DNA of 46,142 nucleotides from Escherichia phage ULINTec7: sequence record MZ997841.1; one strand, written 5' to 3'. Positions within the stretch are counted from its first letter, which is position 1; each line of letters starts with the position of its first letter. Shown piece by piece: positions 24,781 to 35,900 of this stretch. The notes under the pieces were generated by a model. It saw nothing but the letters and a program-made list of their open reading frames with translations. It ran no database searches and had not been told where the DNA came from. Made by a program: the position numbers and the translations under genes.

Positions 24781-25986
24781 ATGTCTACACCGAATACTCT
24801 GACCAACGTTGCAGTCTCCGCTTCCGGTGAGGTAGACAGCTTGCTCATTGAGAAATTCAATGGTAAGGTGAATGAGCAGTACCTGAAAGGTGAGAACATC
24901 ATGTCCTACTTCGATGTTCAGACTGTTACTGGTACTAACACGGTAAGCAACAAATACTTGGGTGAAACAGAGTTGCAGGTTCTGGCACCGGGCCAGTCTC
25001 CGGCTGCAACCTCTACTCAGGCCGATAAAAACCAGCTGGTAATTGATGCCACTGTTATCGCTCGTAACACCGTTGCACACCTGCATGATGTACAGGGTGA
25101 CATTGATAGCCTGAAGCCGAAACTGGCAACCAACCAAGCTAAGCAACTGAAGCGTATGGAAGATGAAATGCTGATTCAGCAGATGCTGCTGGGCGGTATT
25201 GCTAACACTCAGGCTAAGCGTACCAATCCGCGTGTGAAAGGCCATGGCTTCTCTATCAACGTAGAGGTCAATGAAGGGGAAGCGCTGGTTAATCCGCAGT
25301 ATGTAATGGCTGCTGTAGAGTTCGCTCTGGAACAGCAGCTTGAGCAGGAAGTTGACATCTCCGATGTAGCCATCCTGATGCCGTGGCGCTATTTCAACGT
25401 ACTGCGTGATGCGGATCGTATCGTTGACAAGAGCTACACTATTAGCCAGTCTGGTGCAACCATTCAGGGCTTCGTACTGTCTTCCTACAACTGTCCAGTT
25501 ATCCCATCTAACCGATTCCCGAAATTTGCTCAAGGTCAGAAGCATCACCTGTTGTCTAACGAAGACAACGGCTACCGCTATGACCCTATTGCAGAGATGA
25601 ACGGCGCGATTGCTGTACTGTTCACTGCCGATGCACTGTTGGTGGGGCGCTCCATTGATGTTACTGGTGATATCTTCTATGAGAAGAAAGAGAAGACCTA
25701 CTACATCGACACCTTTATGTCTGAGGGTGCAATCCCTGATCGTTGGGAAGCAGTTTCTGTTGTGACCACTAAGCGTAATGTCACCACTGGTGCTGCTGAC
25801 AGTACCGCTGCTGCACAGCATACTCAGGTTCTTAACCGTGCACAGCGCAAAGCTGTATACGTCAAGAATGCTGCTCCGGCAGGTGATGCCGCTGCTGCTA
25901 CTCTTTCTGCTGAAGACTTGGTTGCTGCTGTTCGTGCTGTAATGGCAAATGACATTAAGCCGACTGCAATGAAACCTACTGAGTAA
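24781..25986 (+). CDS. Major capsid protein
   Basis: 401 aa with strong SD and codon usage that looks highly optimised; followed by a terminator. Confidence 0.85.
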   Translation: MSTPNTLTNVAVSASGEVDSLLIEKFNGKVNEQYLKGENIMSYFDVQTVTGTNTVSNKYLGETELQVLAPGQSPAATSTQADKNQLVIDATVIARNTVAHLHDVQGDIDSLKPKLATNQAKQLKRMEDEMLIQQMLLGGIANTQAKRTNPRVKGHGFSINVEVNEGEALVNPQYVMAAVEFALEQQLEQEVDISDVAILMPWRYFNVLRDADRIVDKSYTISQSGATIQGFVLSSYNCPVIPSNRFPKFAQGQKHHLLSNEDNGYRYDPIAEMNGAIAVLFTADALLVGRSIDVTGDIFYEKKEKTYYIDTFMSEGAIPDRWEAVSVVTTKRNVTTGAADSTAAAQHTQVLNRAQRKAVYVKNAAPAGDAAAATLSAEDLVAAVRAVMANDIKPTAMKPTE

Positions 25987-25994
25987 TACCTATG

Positions 25995-26028
25995 CCCTAT
26001 CTACCCTGCGTAGGTAGGGTTCTTTTTG
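25995..26028 (+). terminator. Intrinsic-type terminator after the capsid gene
   Basis: 10-bp stem (25995-26004 pairing with 26010-26019), 5-nt loop, then TTCTTTTTGTT. Confidence 0.7.
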
Positions 26029-26040
26029 TTAGGAGGGTTC

Positions 26041-26778
26041 ATGCCTGTAATTAGACAAACCAGTAAAGTAGGACATATGATGGAAGATGTGGCCTTCCAG
26101 ATTATTGATAGTAAGCTGGAAGCGGTAAACTTGTGCATGCGAGCTATTGGTCGTGAGGGTGTGGATTCTCTCGACTCAGGTGACTTGGACGCAGAAGACG
26201 CAAGCAAGATGATCGACATCGTATCTCAGAGGTTCCAGTACAACAAAGGAGGTGGCTGGTGGTTCAATCGTGAACCAAACTGGCAGATTGCACCTGATAC
26301 CAATGGTGAAGTCAACTTACCTAACAACTGCCTAGCAGTATTGCAATGTTACGCTTTGGGTGAGAAGAAAGTACCCATGACTATGCGAGCAGGTAAGCTC
26401 TACTCTACATGGAGTCATACCTTTGATATGCGTAAGCATGTGAATGCTAATGGTATGATTCGTCTTACCTTACTCACCTTACTTCCATATGAGCATCTAC
26501 CTACTAGTGTAATGCAGGCTATTGCCTATCAAGCTGCTGTAGAGTTTATTGTGTCTAAGGATGCAGATCAGACTAAGTTAGCCACTGCACAGCAGATTGC
26601 TACTCAGCTTCTTATGGATGTGCAATCAGAACAAATGTCACAAAAGCGATTGAATATGCTTGTGCATAATCCTACGCAGCGTCAGTTCGGTATTATGGCT
26701 GGTGGTTCTCAGAATGTACCTGCTTACTCTCATTCACCATATGATAGTTGGACTCTTCGTCCGTGGGAGGATCGGTAA
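26041..26778 (+). CDS. Tail tubular protein A (gp11-like)
   Basis: AGGAGGG SD and position after the capsid gene. Confidence 0.7.
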   Translation: MPVIRQTSKVGHMMEDVAFQIIDSKLEAVNLCMRAIGREGVDSLDSGDLDAEDASKMIDIVSQRFQYNKGGGWWFNREPNWQIAPDTNGEVNLPNNCLAVLQCYALGEKKVPMTMRAGKLYSTWSHTFDMRKHVNANGMIRLTLLTLLPYEHLPTSVMQAIAYQAAVEFIVSKDADQTKLATAQQIATQLLMDVQSEQMSQKRLNMLVHNPTQRQFGIMAGGSQNVPAYSHSPYDSWTLRPWEDR

Positions 26779-29180
26779 TGGAAGTACAAGGTTCATTAGG
26801 GAGGCAAATCCAAGGGATTAGCCAGCAACCTCCAGCAGTACGTCTTGATGGTCAATGCACGACTATGGTGAACATGGTCCCCGATGTAGTGAATGGGACT
26901 CAGTCCCGCATGGGTACAACTCACATTGCTAAGCTCTTGGATGAAGGTACAGATAATATGGCAACGCACCACTATCGCAGGGGCGAGGGGGATGAAGAGT
27001 ATTTCTTCACCTTAAAGAAAGGGCAAGTGCCAGAGATATTTGATAAGCATGGACGCAAGTGCAATGTCGTCTCTCAAGATGCACCTATGACCTACCTTTC
27101 TGAAGTTGTCAGCCCTAGGGAAGATGTGCAATTCATGACTATAGCTGATGTTACTTTTATGCTTAACCGTAGGAAAGTGGTTAAAGCTAGTAATAGGAGG
27201 TCACCTAAAGTCGGAGATAAAGCCATTGTGTTTTGTGCATATGGTCAATATGGTACATCTTATTCTATCATAATTGATGGAACTACAGCTGCTAGTTTTA
27301 AAACACCAGACGGTGGAAGTGCAGAACATGTTGAACAAATCCGAACAGAGCATATCACTTCTGAATTGTACTCCAAGTTACAGCAATGGAGTGGCGTAGA
27401 CGGCTATGAAATACAAAGAGATGGTACGAGTATATTTATAGAGAGACGCGATGGTACAAGTTTCACAGTAACAACTACCGATGGTGCAAAAGGTAAGGAT
27501 TTAGTGGCTATCAAGAATAAAGTTAGCTCTACTGACCTACTCCCTTCTCGTGCGCCTGCTGGCTATAAAGTGCAAGTGTGGCCTACTGGCAGCAAGCCTG
27601 AGTCTCGTTACTGGCTGCAAGCTGAGCCTAAAGAGGGAAACCTTGTGTCTTGGAAAGAAACAATAGCTGCTGATGTATTACTTGGGTTTGATAAAGACAC
27701 CATGCCTTACATTATTGAACGTACAGGTATTATTGACGGCATAGCTCAATTCACGATAAGACAAGGTGATTGGGAAGATCGTAAAGTAGGGGATGACTTG
27801 ACTAACCCTATGCCCTCTTTTATTGATGAGGAAGTGCCCCAGACAATAGGTGGAATGTTCATGGTGCAGAACCGCCTATGCTTTACAGCAGGCGAAGCGG
27901 TTATTGCTTCTCGTACATCATACTTCTTCGATTTCTTTCGTTATACGGTTATCTCTGCATTGGCAACTGACCCATTTGATATTTTCTCAGATGCGAGTGA
28001 AGTCTACCAGCTAAAACATGCAGTGACCTTAGATGGCGCTACCGTGTTGTTCTCTGATAAGTCACAATTCATTTTGCCAGGAGATAAACCGCTAGAGAAA
28101 TCCAACGCCCTACTCAAGCCTGTCACAACATTTGAAGTCAACAATAAAGTTAAACCAGTGGCTACTGGTGAGTCTGTAATGTTTGCTACGAATGACGGTG
28201 CTTACTCTGGTGTCCGAGAGTTCTATACAGACTCTTATAGTGACACTAAGAAGGCACAAGCAATCACAAGTCATGTGAATAAACTTATCGAAGGTAACAT
28301 TACCAACATGGCAGCAAGTACCAATGTCAACCGATTGCTTGTCACTACAGATAAATATCGTAACATAATTTACTGCTACGATTGGTTATGGCAAGGCACA
28401 GATCGTGTACAATCAGCATGGCATGTATGGGAGTGGCCTATGGGTACAAAGGTGCGAGGTATGTTTTACTCTGGTGAATTACTTTATCTACTCCTTGAGC
28501 GAGGCGGTGGCGTCTATCTGGAGAAGATGGACATGGGGGATGCACTAACCTATGGTTTGAAGGACCGCATCCGAATGGATAGGCAAGCAGAGTTGATCTT
28601 CAAGCATTTTAAAGCAGAAGATGAGTGGGTATCTGAACCACTTCCTTGGACTCCTACTAACCTAGAACTTTTGGATTGCATCTTAATAGAAGGGTGGGAT
28701 TCCTATATTGGAGGTTCTTTCCTATTCAAATATAACCCTAGTGATAATACCTTGTCTACAACCTTTGATATGTATGATGATAACCGCGTAAAAGCGAAGG
28801 TTATTGTTGGGCAGATTTACCCTCAAGAGTTTGAACCTACACCTGTAGTCATCAGAGACAGACAAGACCGTGTATCCTATATTGATGTACCTGTTGTGGG
28901 GTTAGTTCACCTTAATCTTGATATGTATCCTGATTTCTCCGTGGAGGTTAAGAATGTGAAGAGCGGTAAAGTACGCAAGGTGCTAGCGTCAAACCGCATA
29001 GGTGGTGCTCTCAACAATACAGTAGGTTATGTTGAACCAAGAGAGGGTGTCTTCAGATTCCCACTGAGGGCTAAGAGTACGGATGCTGTTTATCGTATTA
29101 TTGTAGAATCACCTCACACATTCCAGCTCCGCGATATTGAGTGGGAAGGGAGCTACAATCCAACCAAAAGGAGGGTCTAA
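26778..29180 (+). CDS. Tail tubular protein B (gp12-like)
   Basis: 800 aa; ATG overlaps the upstream stop (TAATG). Confidence 0.7.
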   Translation: MEVQGSLGRQIQGISQQPPAVRLDGQCTTMVNMVPDVVNGTQSRMGTTHIAKLLDEGTDNMATHHYRRGEGDEEYFFTLKKGQVPEIFDKHGRKCNVVSQDAPMTYLSEVVSPREDVQFMTIADVTFMLNRRKVVKASNRRSPKVGDKAIVFCAYGQYGTSYSIIIDGTTAASFKTPDGGSAEHVEQIRTEHITSELYSKLQQWSGVDGYEIQRDGTSIFIERRDGTSFTVTTTDGAKGKDLVAIKNKVSSTDLLPSRAPAGYKVQVWPTGSKPESRYWLQAEPKEGNLVSWKETIAADVLLGFDKDTMPYIIERTGIIDGIAQFTIRQGDWEDRKVGDDLTNPMPSFIDEEVPQTIGGMFMVQNRLCFTAGEAVIASRTSYFFDFFRYTVISALATDPFDIFSDASEVYQLKHAVTLDGATVLFSDKSQFILPGDKPLEKSNALLKPVTTFEVNNKVKPVATGESVMFATNDGAYSGVREFYTDSYSDTKKAQAITSHVNKLIEGNITNMAASTNVNRLLVTTDKYRNIIYCYDWLWQGTDRVQSAWHVWEWPMGTKVRGMFYSGELLYLLLERGGGVYLEKMDMGDALTYGLKDRIRMDRQAELIFKHFKAEDEWVSEPLPWTPTNLELLDCILIEGWDSYIGGSFLFKYNPSDNTLSTTFDMYDDNRVKAKVIVGQIYPQEFEPTPVVIRDRQDRVSYIDVPVVGLVHLNLDMYPDFSVEVKNVKSGKVRKVLASNRIGGALNNTVGYVEPREGVFRFPLRAKSTDAVYRIIVESPHTFQLRDIEWEGSYNPTKRRV

Positions 29181-29902
29181 TGGCTATAGGTTCAGCCGTT
29201 ATGTCTGGTATGTCTTCTATTGGTAGTATGTTTGCAGGCAGCGGTGCAGCAGCCGCTGCTGGAGGTACTGCCGCAGGTGGCGGAGGTTTGCTAGGTTCAC
29301 TAGGCGGATTCCTAAGTGGCTCCACTGCTGGCTTCTCTAATGCTGGCCTCCTTGGTGCTGGCCTTCAAGGGTTAGGCTTGATTGGTGATCTCTTTGGTGG
29401 AAGTGATGAAGCCAAGGCAATGAAGAAAGCACAAGAAGAGCAATGGCGGCAGCAGCTTATTGCTACACAAGAGGCATACAAGACAGTGGCAGACGCAGAG
29501 CGTTCTGCTGCTAAACAGTATCATGCAGATGCAATAAGCAATCAGGCTTCACTACTACAGCAGCGAGCACAGGTTGCATTACTAGCAGGTGCTACTGGTA
29601 CTGGTGGTAACTCTGTATCTTCTATGCTGAATGACTTAGCAGCAGAGGGTGGGAGGAACCAGAGTACAATTATTGATAACTATGAGAATCAGAAGATTAA
29701 CTTCACTAATCAGCTTAAGTCCATCCAGCGAGGTGGGCAGATGCAGATGCGTGAGTTTAAGAAACCTTCTGCTGTGAGCACCTTGGTTCAAGGTATCCCA
29801 AGTCTGGCTTCTGCTTATGTAACTGGTAGCAAGTCGGGTATGGCTTTAGGTAAAGCTCTAACGGATTCTCGTACATATTCATCTGGAACAAGAGGTATTT
29901 AA
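29180..29902 (+). CDS. Internal virion protein
   Basis: Gly/Ala-rich N-terminal region; AGGAGGG SD; position. Confidence 0.55.
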   Translation: MAIGSAVMSGMSSIGSMFAGSGAAAAAGGTAAGGGGLLGSLGGFLSGSTAGFSNAGLLGAGLQGLGLIGDLFGGSDEAKAMKKAQEEQWRQQLIATQEAYKTVADAERSAAKQYHADAISNQASLLQQRAQVALLAGATGTGGNSVSSMLNDLAAEGGRNQSTIIDNYENQKINFTNQLKSIQRGGQMQMREFKKPSAVSTLVQGIPSLASAYVTGSKSGMALGKALTDSRTYSSGTRGI

Positions 29903-32850
29903 TGGCAATTGAGCGACAAGCAGTACAAGGTCTGCCACAAGTGCAGGCCACTTCTCCTAATGTCATGACCTTTGCACCTCAGCAAGCTGGAGGTGTGGAG
30001 GCTGGCGTAGCTTCTACCTCCGGTAGTCGATTTATCGAAGACCTTATTCGAGCAGCCAGTAGTGTAGCTGATGTAACCACTGGTATCCTTAATCAAAAGA
30101 TTGAGGAAGATAAGGTTGTTCAAATGGAACGGGCATATAATGGACTGATGCCTTCTGAGGATGCAACTCGTGGTGGCGCTCGTGCTAACATGCTTGTCAA
30201 AGCTCAACTGCTAGCTAATGATGAAGCAGCACGAATGAAAGACATGGCTACTCGTTTCCAAGGAACAGATGACGAGTGGACACAACTCATGGTTGACTCT
30301 CGTAATGAGATGCAGAATAAGCTGTTCCAGCAATACCCTGAGTTGCAAGGTGACAAAGATACTATGCGTATGGTCACTAATGTCTTCCAAGAACAGCAGC
30401 CTCAAATTTGGGCTACACGAACCCAGCATAAACTTGACCGTGAACAAGCAGACCGTGAGGACACCTTTGACGGGCGAGTGGCTTCTACTTGGGATTCTAG
30501 TATTGACCCAGAGGCTTCTGGTTATGCCCTACAGGAGCGAATCCGCGAGGGGTTTACTCAAGGGCTATTACCTGAGCAGATGCATAAGAAGCTGGTAGAG
30601 CGAGCTATTTCACTTGCTCAGGGTGGTGATATTAGCATGGCTGAAGCCTTGAAGTACGTGAAGGACGACAAGGGTGTTTCTGTCTATGCTAAGAATCCGC
30701 AGCTTATCACAGCTATCACTAGTGGTAATGCAGTTTGGGCTAGGAATAATGTTGCTGATGTGACTCGCATGTCTTTTGAAGTCAAAGAATCCTATCTTGC
30801 AGGTGACTTGACGGATGAAGAATTACTGGAGCGAGCACAGCACATTAATAGCCTGACAGGAAACTCTGTCTTCTCTAATCCAGAACTAGAAGCACTGATG
30901 CGTCAACGAGCTAAGCAGAATGCAGAGCTAGGTGCAATGCAGGATATGCGACGTGAACTTTACTCTGACCGCATGACTGGCTTCCAAGGTAAGACAGATA
31001 AAGAGAAGAAAGCCTACATTGATGTTATCAAACAGGATAGCCAACTATATGCAGACCAGCAAATCAAGCAGCGCGGATTGGACCCTTACAGCCAAGAGGC
31101 TGAAGCTATCCGTGGTGCAGTAGAAGTGCAGCGCCTGCAATTCATGAACTCCAAAGGCTTAGTGGATGATACCTTTGAGTCTCGTATCAAAGCCATGGAG
31201 TCTATGCTATCACCTGAGCACTTCGCTAAAGGCGAACCACAGGAGTTAATGACTATTCGTCAGTTGTGGGAACAGTTACCAGAAGAAAGCCGAGGTGTCT
31301 TTGGTGATACGGTGAATGGCTATATGGATAACTACAACACTGCATTACAAATGGGGGAGACGCCTTTGCAGGCTGCAAGGTTTGCCCGTGAAGCACAGCA
31401 GAAATTCTCTCGTACTGAGAAAGAAACCAAGAAGTTCAACTCAGCTATTGGAGATGCACTGGATGAGGTATCGGGTGCTGGCTGGTTTGATGGTAAAACC
31501 GAAGTGTCTGACTTAGGTAAAGCTATTGCAGAAGAAGAGTTACGAGCTAAGGCCAATATGCTGTGGTCTAGCGGTATGCGTAACATGGATTCCATCAAGA
31601 AGGCTTTAATTACTTGGGGCAATAAACGCTACACTCAATCAGAGGATGCAAAGACTTCCGGTGGTTATTTCATTAAAGGTGATTACACTTCTGCATCTGA
31701 CATGCTTATGTCTGTTGGGAAAGGTGTAAACCCTACCGATGTACCTCTGGCTCTTGGTAGGTATGTAGAAACACAAATGCCAGAATTGAAGAAGGAACTT
31801 CAAGAGTGGGAAACTAAGGATGATGTATACATTGATTACAATGAACAGAAAGGTACTTTCGTGATTCGTGCTGGTGCAGCAGGTCGCCCTCTTTCTGGAG
31901 TAATCCCTGTCACCTCTTTAGATACCACTTCACTGCTAGACTCTGCCTATCAGAAGAAAGTAGAAGAACGAGATAAAGGTGAATATGTTCACCCATATCG
32001 TACAGATATCGGTGCACAAGAACCCATGCCAGCTAAGCCAACTGCCAAGGATATTGGTAAATTTGGACTAGCTAATTTCCTCATGTCTTCTGCCTTTGCT
32101 TCTGGTGAGAACCTACCTTCTAACTTCGAGATTAACTATAGAGGCAATATGCAACAATTCTATGACAAGCTAGCTATGGATGAGAATGGCGATAAGCTGG
32201 GCTTCAACAAAGCCACAGGAACCTTCACACCGTACAAAGATGCACATGGCGAGTCGGTAGGCTATGGTCACTTCCTTACGGAAGAAGAAAAGAGAAATGG
32301 GTACATTAAGATTGGCGACGAACTAGTCCCGTATCGCGGCTCTATGTCTCAGCTCACTGAGAGTAAGGCCCGTGCTCTTATGGAACAAGATGCCAAGAAG
32401 CATGTACCTCCAACTCGTGATTGGAAAATCCCATTCGACCAGATGCATCCGGCACAGCAGCGCGGTTTAATGGATTTAACCTATAACTTAGGTAAAGGTG
32501 GAATCCAGAATGCACCGCGTGCTCTTGCTGCATTCAAGGCAGGTAAGCTTACAGAAGGCTTTATCGAAATGTTGGGTACTGCATCAAGTGAAGGTAAGCG
32601 TATTCCTGGTTTACTGAAGCGACGCGCTGAGGCTTACAATATGGCAGCTGCCGGTGGTGTACCTAAGATTACCGAAGTAGAGACTCGTGAAGATGGGTCT
32701 ATGTGGGTTAAGTTCGGTGGACCTATGCCAGCAGGTTCTGTATCTGCATGGACTCATAAACGTATTGGCGCTGATGGCTGGTATCAGGTTTATGAGGCTG
32801 CACCTACCAAGTTAGCTAAAGGCTCTAAGGTGGGTAAAGTTAAGTTGTAG
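29902..32850 (+). CDS. Internal virion protein with C-terminal lysozyme-like domain
   Basis: 982 aa; C-terminal YKDAHGESVGYGHFLT...LTYNLGKGGI resembles the T4 lysozyme segment YKDTEGYYTIGIGHLLT...MVFQMGETGV. Confidence 0.65.
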   Translation: MAIERQAVQGLPQVQATSPNVMTFAPQQAGGVEAGVASTSGSRFIEDLIRAASSVADVTTGILNQKIEEDKVVQMERAYNGLMPSEDATRGGARANMLVKAQLLANDEAARMKDMATRFQGTDDEWTQLMVDSRNEMQNKLFQQYPELQGDKDTMRMVTNVFQEQQPQIWATRTQHKLDREQADREDTFDGRVASTWDSSIDPEASGYALQERIREGFTQGLLPEQMHKKLVERAISLAQGGDISMAEALKYVKDDKGVSVYAKNPQLITAITSGNAVWARNNVADVTRMSFEVKESYLAGDLTDEELLERAQHINSLTGNSVFSNPELEALMRQRAKQNAELGAMQDMRRELYSDRMTGFQGKTDKEKKAYIDVIKQDSQLYADQQIKQRGLDPYSQEAEAIRGAVEVQRLQFMNSKGLVDDTFESRIKAMESMLSPEHFAKGEPQELMTIRQLWEQLPEESRGVFGDTVNGYMDNYNTALQMGETPLQAARFAREAQQKFSRTEKETKKFNSAIGDALDEVSGAGWFDGKTEVSDLGKAIAEEELRAKANMLWSSGMRNMDSIKKALITWGNKRYTQSEDAKTSGGYFIKGDYTSASDMLMSVGKGVNPTDVPLALGRYVETQMPELKKELQEWETKDDVYIDYNEQKGTFVIRAGAAGRPLSGVIPVTSLDTTSLLDSAYQKKVEERDKGEYVHPYRTDIGAQEPMPAKPTAKDIGKFGLANFLMSSAFASGENLPSNFEINYRGNMQQFYDKLAMDENGDKLGFNKATGTFTPYKDAHGESVGYGHFLTEEEKRNGYIKIGDELVPYRGSMSQLTESKARALMEQDAKKHVPPTRDWKIPFDQMHPAQQRGLMDLTYNLGKGGIQNAPRALAAFKAGKLTEGFIEMLGTASSEGKRIPGLLKRRAEAYNMAAAGGVPKITEVETREDGSMWVKFGGPMPAGSVSAWTHKRIGADGWYQVYEAAPTKLAKGSKVGKVKL

Positions 32851-32862
32851 TACCTAACTCAA

Positions 32863-32888
32863 GGCTTGTCTCACATGTGAGACAGGTC
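32863..32888. promoter_or_regulatory. Conserved palindromic hairpin, copy 6
   Basis: GGCTTGTCTCACATGTGAGACAGGTC, between the internal virion protein genes. Confidence 0.6.
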
Positions 32889-32914
32889 TTTATGATAGGC
32901 ACTATGGAGGAACT

Positions 32915-35900
32915 ATGGAACAAGATATTAATACTAATTGGGCTGGTTATGTCCAGTCTACTCCTGAGCCGTTTTCTATTGAGGCGGCTCCGGTATCGGC
33001 TCCTACGATACGCCAGCGTAATGAGCTACAAGAGCAAGTCCTTGAAGCTAAAGCAGACGCGGATATCATAGGTGCTGTAGGTGCTGCCTTCCAGAATGAG
33101 TGGTTGGCATTCGGAGGTAAGAGATGGTATGACCGTGCCACTGCTGACTTCACACCTCAACCTGATTTTGAAATCCAACCAGAGCAACGTGAAGCTCTTC
33201 GCTTCAAATACGGAACGGATATGATGCAGACAATCACTGAGGGTGTTCGTTCTGAGGATGAATTAAACTTCCGTATTCAGAATGCTGATGAAGATCTTGA
33301 GCGCAATAAGCGCATTGCTCAGGCTGGCTGGGCTGGTTCTGTGGCAACTATTGGCGCTGCTGTGCTTGACCCTGTAGGCTGGGTTGCCTCTATACCAACT
33401 GGCGGTGCAGCTAAAGTTGGCCTTGTAGGCCGTGCTGTGCGTGGCGCTATTGCCGCTGGCGTGAGTAACGCCGCTATTGAATCCGTGTTAGTCCAAGGTG
33501 ACATGACCCGTGATTTAGATGACATTATGGTAGCACTAGGCTCAGGTATGGCTATGGGTGGTGTTATCGGCGCTGTGGCGCGTGGCAGGGCCGCCAAACT
33601 CAGCGACCAAGGGGATGACAGGGCTGCGAGCGTTGTGCGAAGTGCAGACGCAGGTGATCGGTATATCCGTGCTGTTGCGGATGACAGTATAGGTGCGATG
33701 CGCGTTAAGGGCGAGGAGGTGCTTACTGAGGGCGCATTTGATATATCTAGTAAAGGCGAAGACTTGCTGAAAACATTGCAGAGGGAAGGAAACTCTATTG
33801 ATATGGCCCCTCGCCGCTGGGCCGGAACTCTGTCTGCCCTTGGTACTGTCGTACATTCCTCTCAGGATGCAAGTGTACGCGGTCTTGGTGCTCGTCTGTT
33901 TGAGTCCCCGCAAGGCTTAGGTGCACAGAAGGCATCGGCTAGTCTCATGCAGAATACTAACTTGAACCGTCTGAAATCTGCTGATATGAATCGTTTCAAC
34001 GATGGGTTCGATTTATGGCTCAAAGAGAATAATATCAATCCGGTTGCAGGTCATACTAACTCTCACTATGTGCAGCAATATAATGAGAAGGTATGGGAGG
34101 CTGTACGCATCGGTATGAATGAGTCTACGCCTAAGTCTATCCGTATGGCAGCAGAGGGGCAGCAAGCTATGTATCGTGAAGCCTTAGCATTACGTCAACG
34201 CTCTGGTGAAGCTGGGTTTGAAAAGGTTAAAGCAGATGATAAGTACATGCCTGATATTTTTGACAGTATGAAGGCTCGTCGTCAATTCGGTATGCACGAT
34301 AAAGAGGACATCATTGAGCTATTCTCTCGTGCATACCAGAATGGTTCTCGTAAGGTTCCAAAGGAAGTGGCTGATGATATTGCACGTGCACAAGTAAACC
34401 GTGTTGTGGATGCCACCCTGACAGGACGTATGAGTTTCGAAAAAGCTATGTCTGGTCAGACTAAGGCAGAATATGAAGCAATAATGCGCAAGGCAGGCTT
34501 CAGTGATGAAGAAATTGAAAAGATGGTAGAAGCTCTGGATAATAAAGAAACCAGAGATAATATCTCTAACCGAGCTAAGATGAGTTTAGGCTTAGATGTT
34601 ACTCAAGAATACAATGGCATTCGTATGCGTGACTTTATGAATACTAACGTGGAAGAGTTAACAGATAACTACATGAAGGAAGCGGCAGGTGGTGCTGCCT
34701 TGGCTCGTCAAGGTTTCTCTACCTATCAGGCTGCACTTAATGCAATTGACCTTGTAGAGCGAAATGCACGAAATGCAACTAAAGATACAAAAGCACACGC
34801 ACAATTTGAAGCGGAGTCTGCTAATATTCGTCAATCAGAACCTGATTACAAGAAGGCACAAGAGAAGATTGAAGAGTTAAAGAAGAGACTTAAATTGAAA
34901 GAGAAAGATGAAGCAGCAGGTCTGGCTATTGATGAAGAAATCCGTCAAATGCGAGAAGGTCTTCGCCTAATTATGGGTAAATCTATTGATGCGGACCCAC
35001 AGGCTTTGTCTACTAAAATGCTGCGTCGTGGTCGTGACATTACAGGTGTACTTCGCTTAGGTCAGATGGGCTTCGCACAGCTAGGTGAACTTGCTAACTT
35101 CATGGGTGAGTTTGGTATTGCTGCAACCACTATAGCTTTAGGTAAGCAATTCCGCTTTACATCTAAAGCTTTGCGGAGCGGGGATGGCTTCTTCCGAGAT
35201 AAGAACTTGGCAGAAGTAGAGAGGATGGTAGGTTACATTGGTGAGGATAACTGGATAACAACCAAGGGTGCACGTCCAGATGAGTTTGGTGATGTAACCA
35301 CAGTAAGAGGGATGATGGCTCACTTTGACCAATCCATGAACTCAATACGTCGTGCTCAGACCAACCTATCGCTCTTCCGCATGGCACAGGGTTCTCTGGA
35401 GCGAATGACTAATAGGCAAATAGCCTTGTCTTTCATTGACCACCTTGAAGGCAAGAAGATTATTCCTCAGAAGAAACTGGAGGAACTTGGTCTTACTCAG
35501 GGGTTCATGACTAACCTACAGAAGCACTATGATGCTAACTCTAAGGGTTCTGGCTTGCTTGGATTTGATACAATGCCTTATGCCATGGGTGAAACTTTAG
35601 CTAATGCTATTCGTCGTAAGTCAGGTCTAATTATCCAACGTAACTTCATTGGTGATGAAGGGATCTGGATGAACAAAGCGCTTGGTAAAACTTTTGCACA
35701 GCTTAAGTCTTTCTCTTTGGTATCTGGTGAGAAGCAATTTGGTCGAGGTATTCGCCACGATAAGATTGGTCTTGCTAAGAAGACAGCCTATGGGTTTGCT
35801 TTAGGTTCCATAGTATATGCAGCGAAAGCTTATGTGAACTCTATTGGACGAGAAGACCAAGATGAATATCTGGAAGAGAAACTATCCCCTAAAGGGTTGG

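Noticed and set aside
24778-25821. Long minus-strand ORF (347 aa) antisense to the major capsid gene, and all other minus-strand ORFs in the track (e.g. 2855-3388, 15859-16464, 44636-45076)
   Set aside because: Each lies entirely within a well-supported plus-strand gene, has no SD or promoter context, and translates to low-complexity sequence. These are shadow ORFs; the genome appears to be transcribed from one strand only, as in T7/SP6-type phages.
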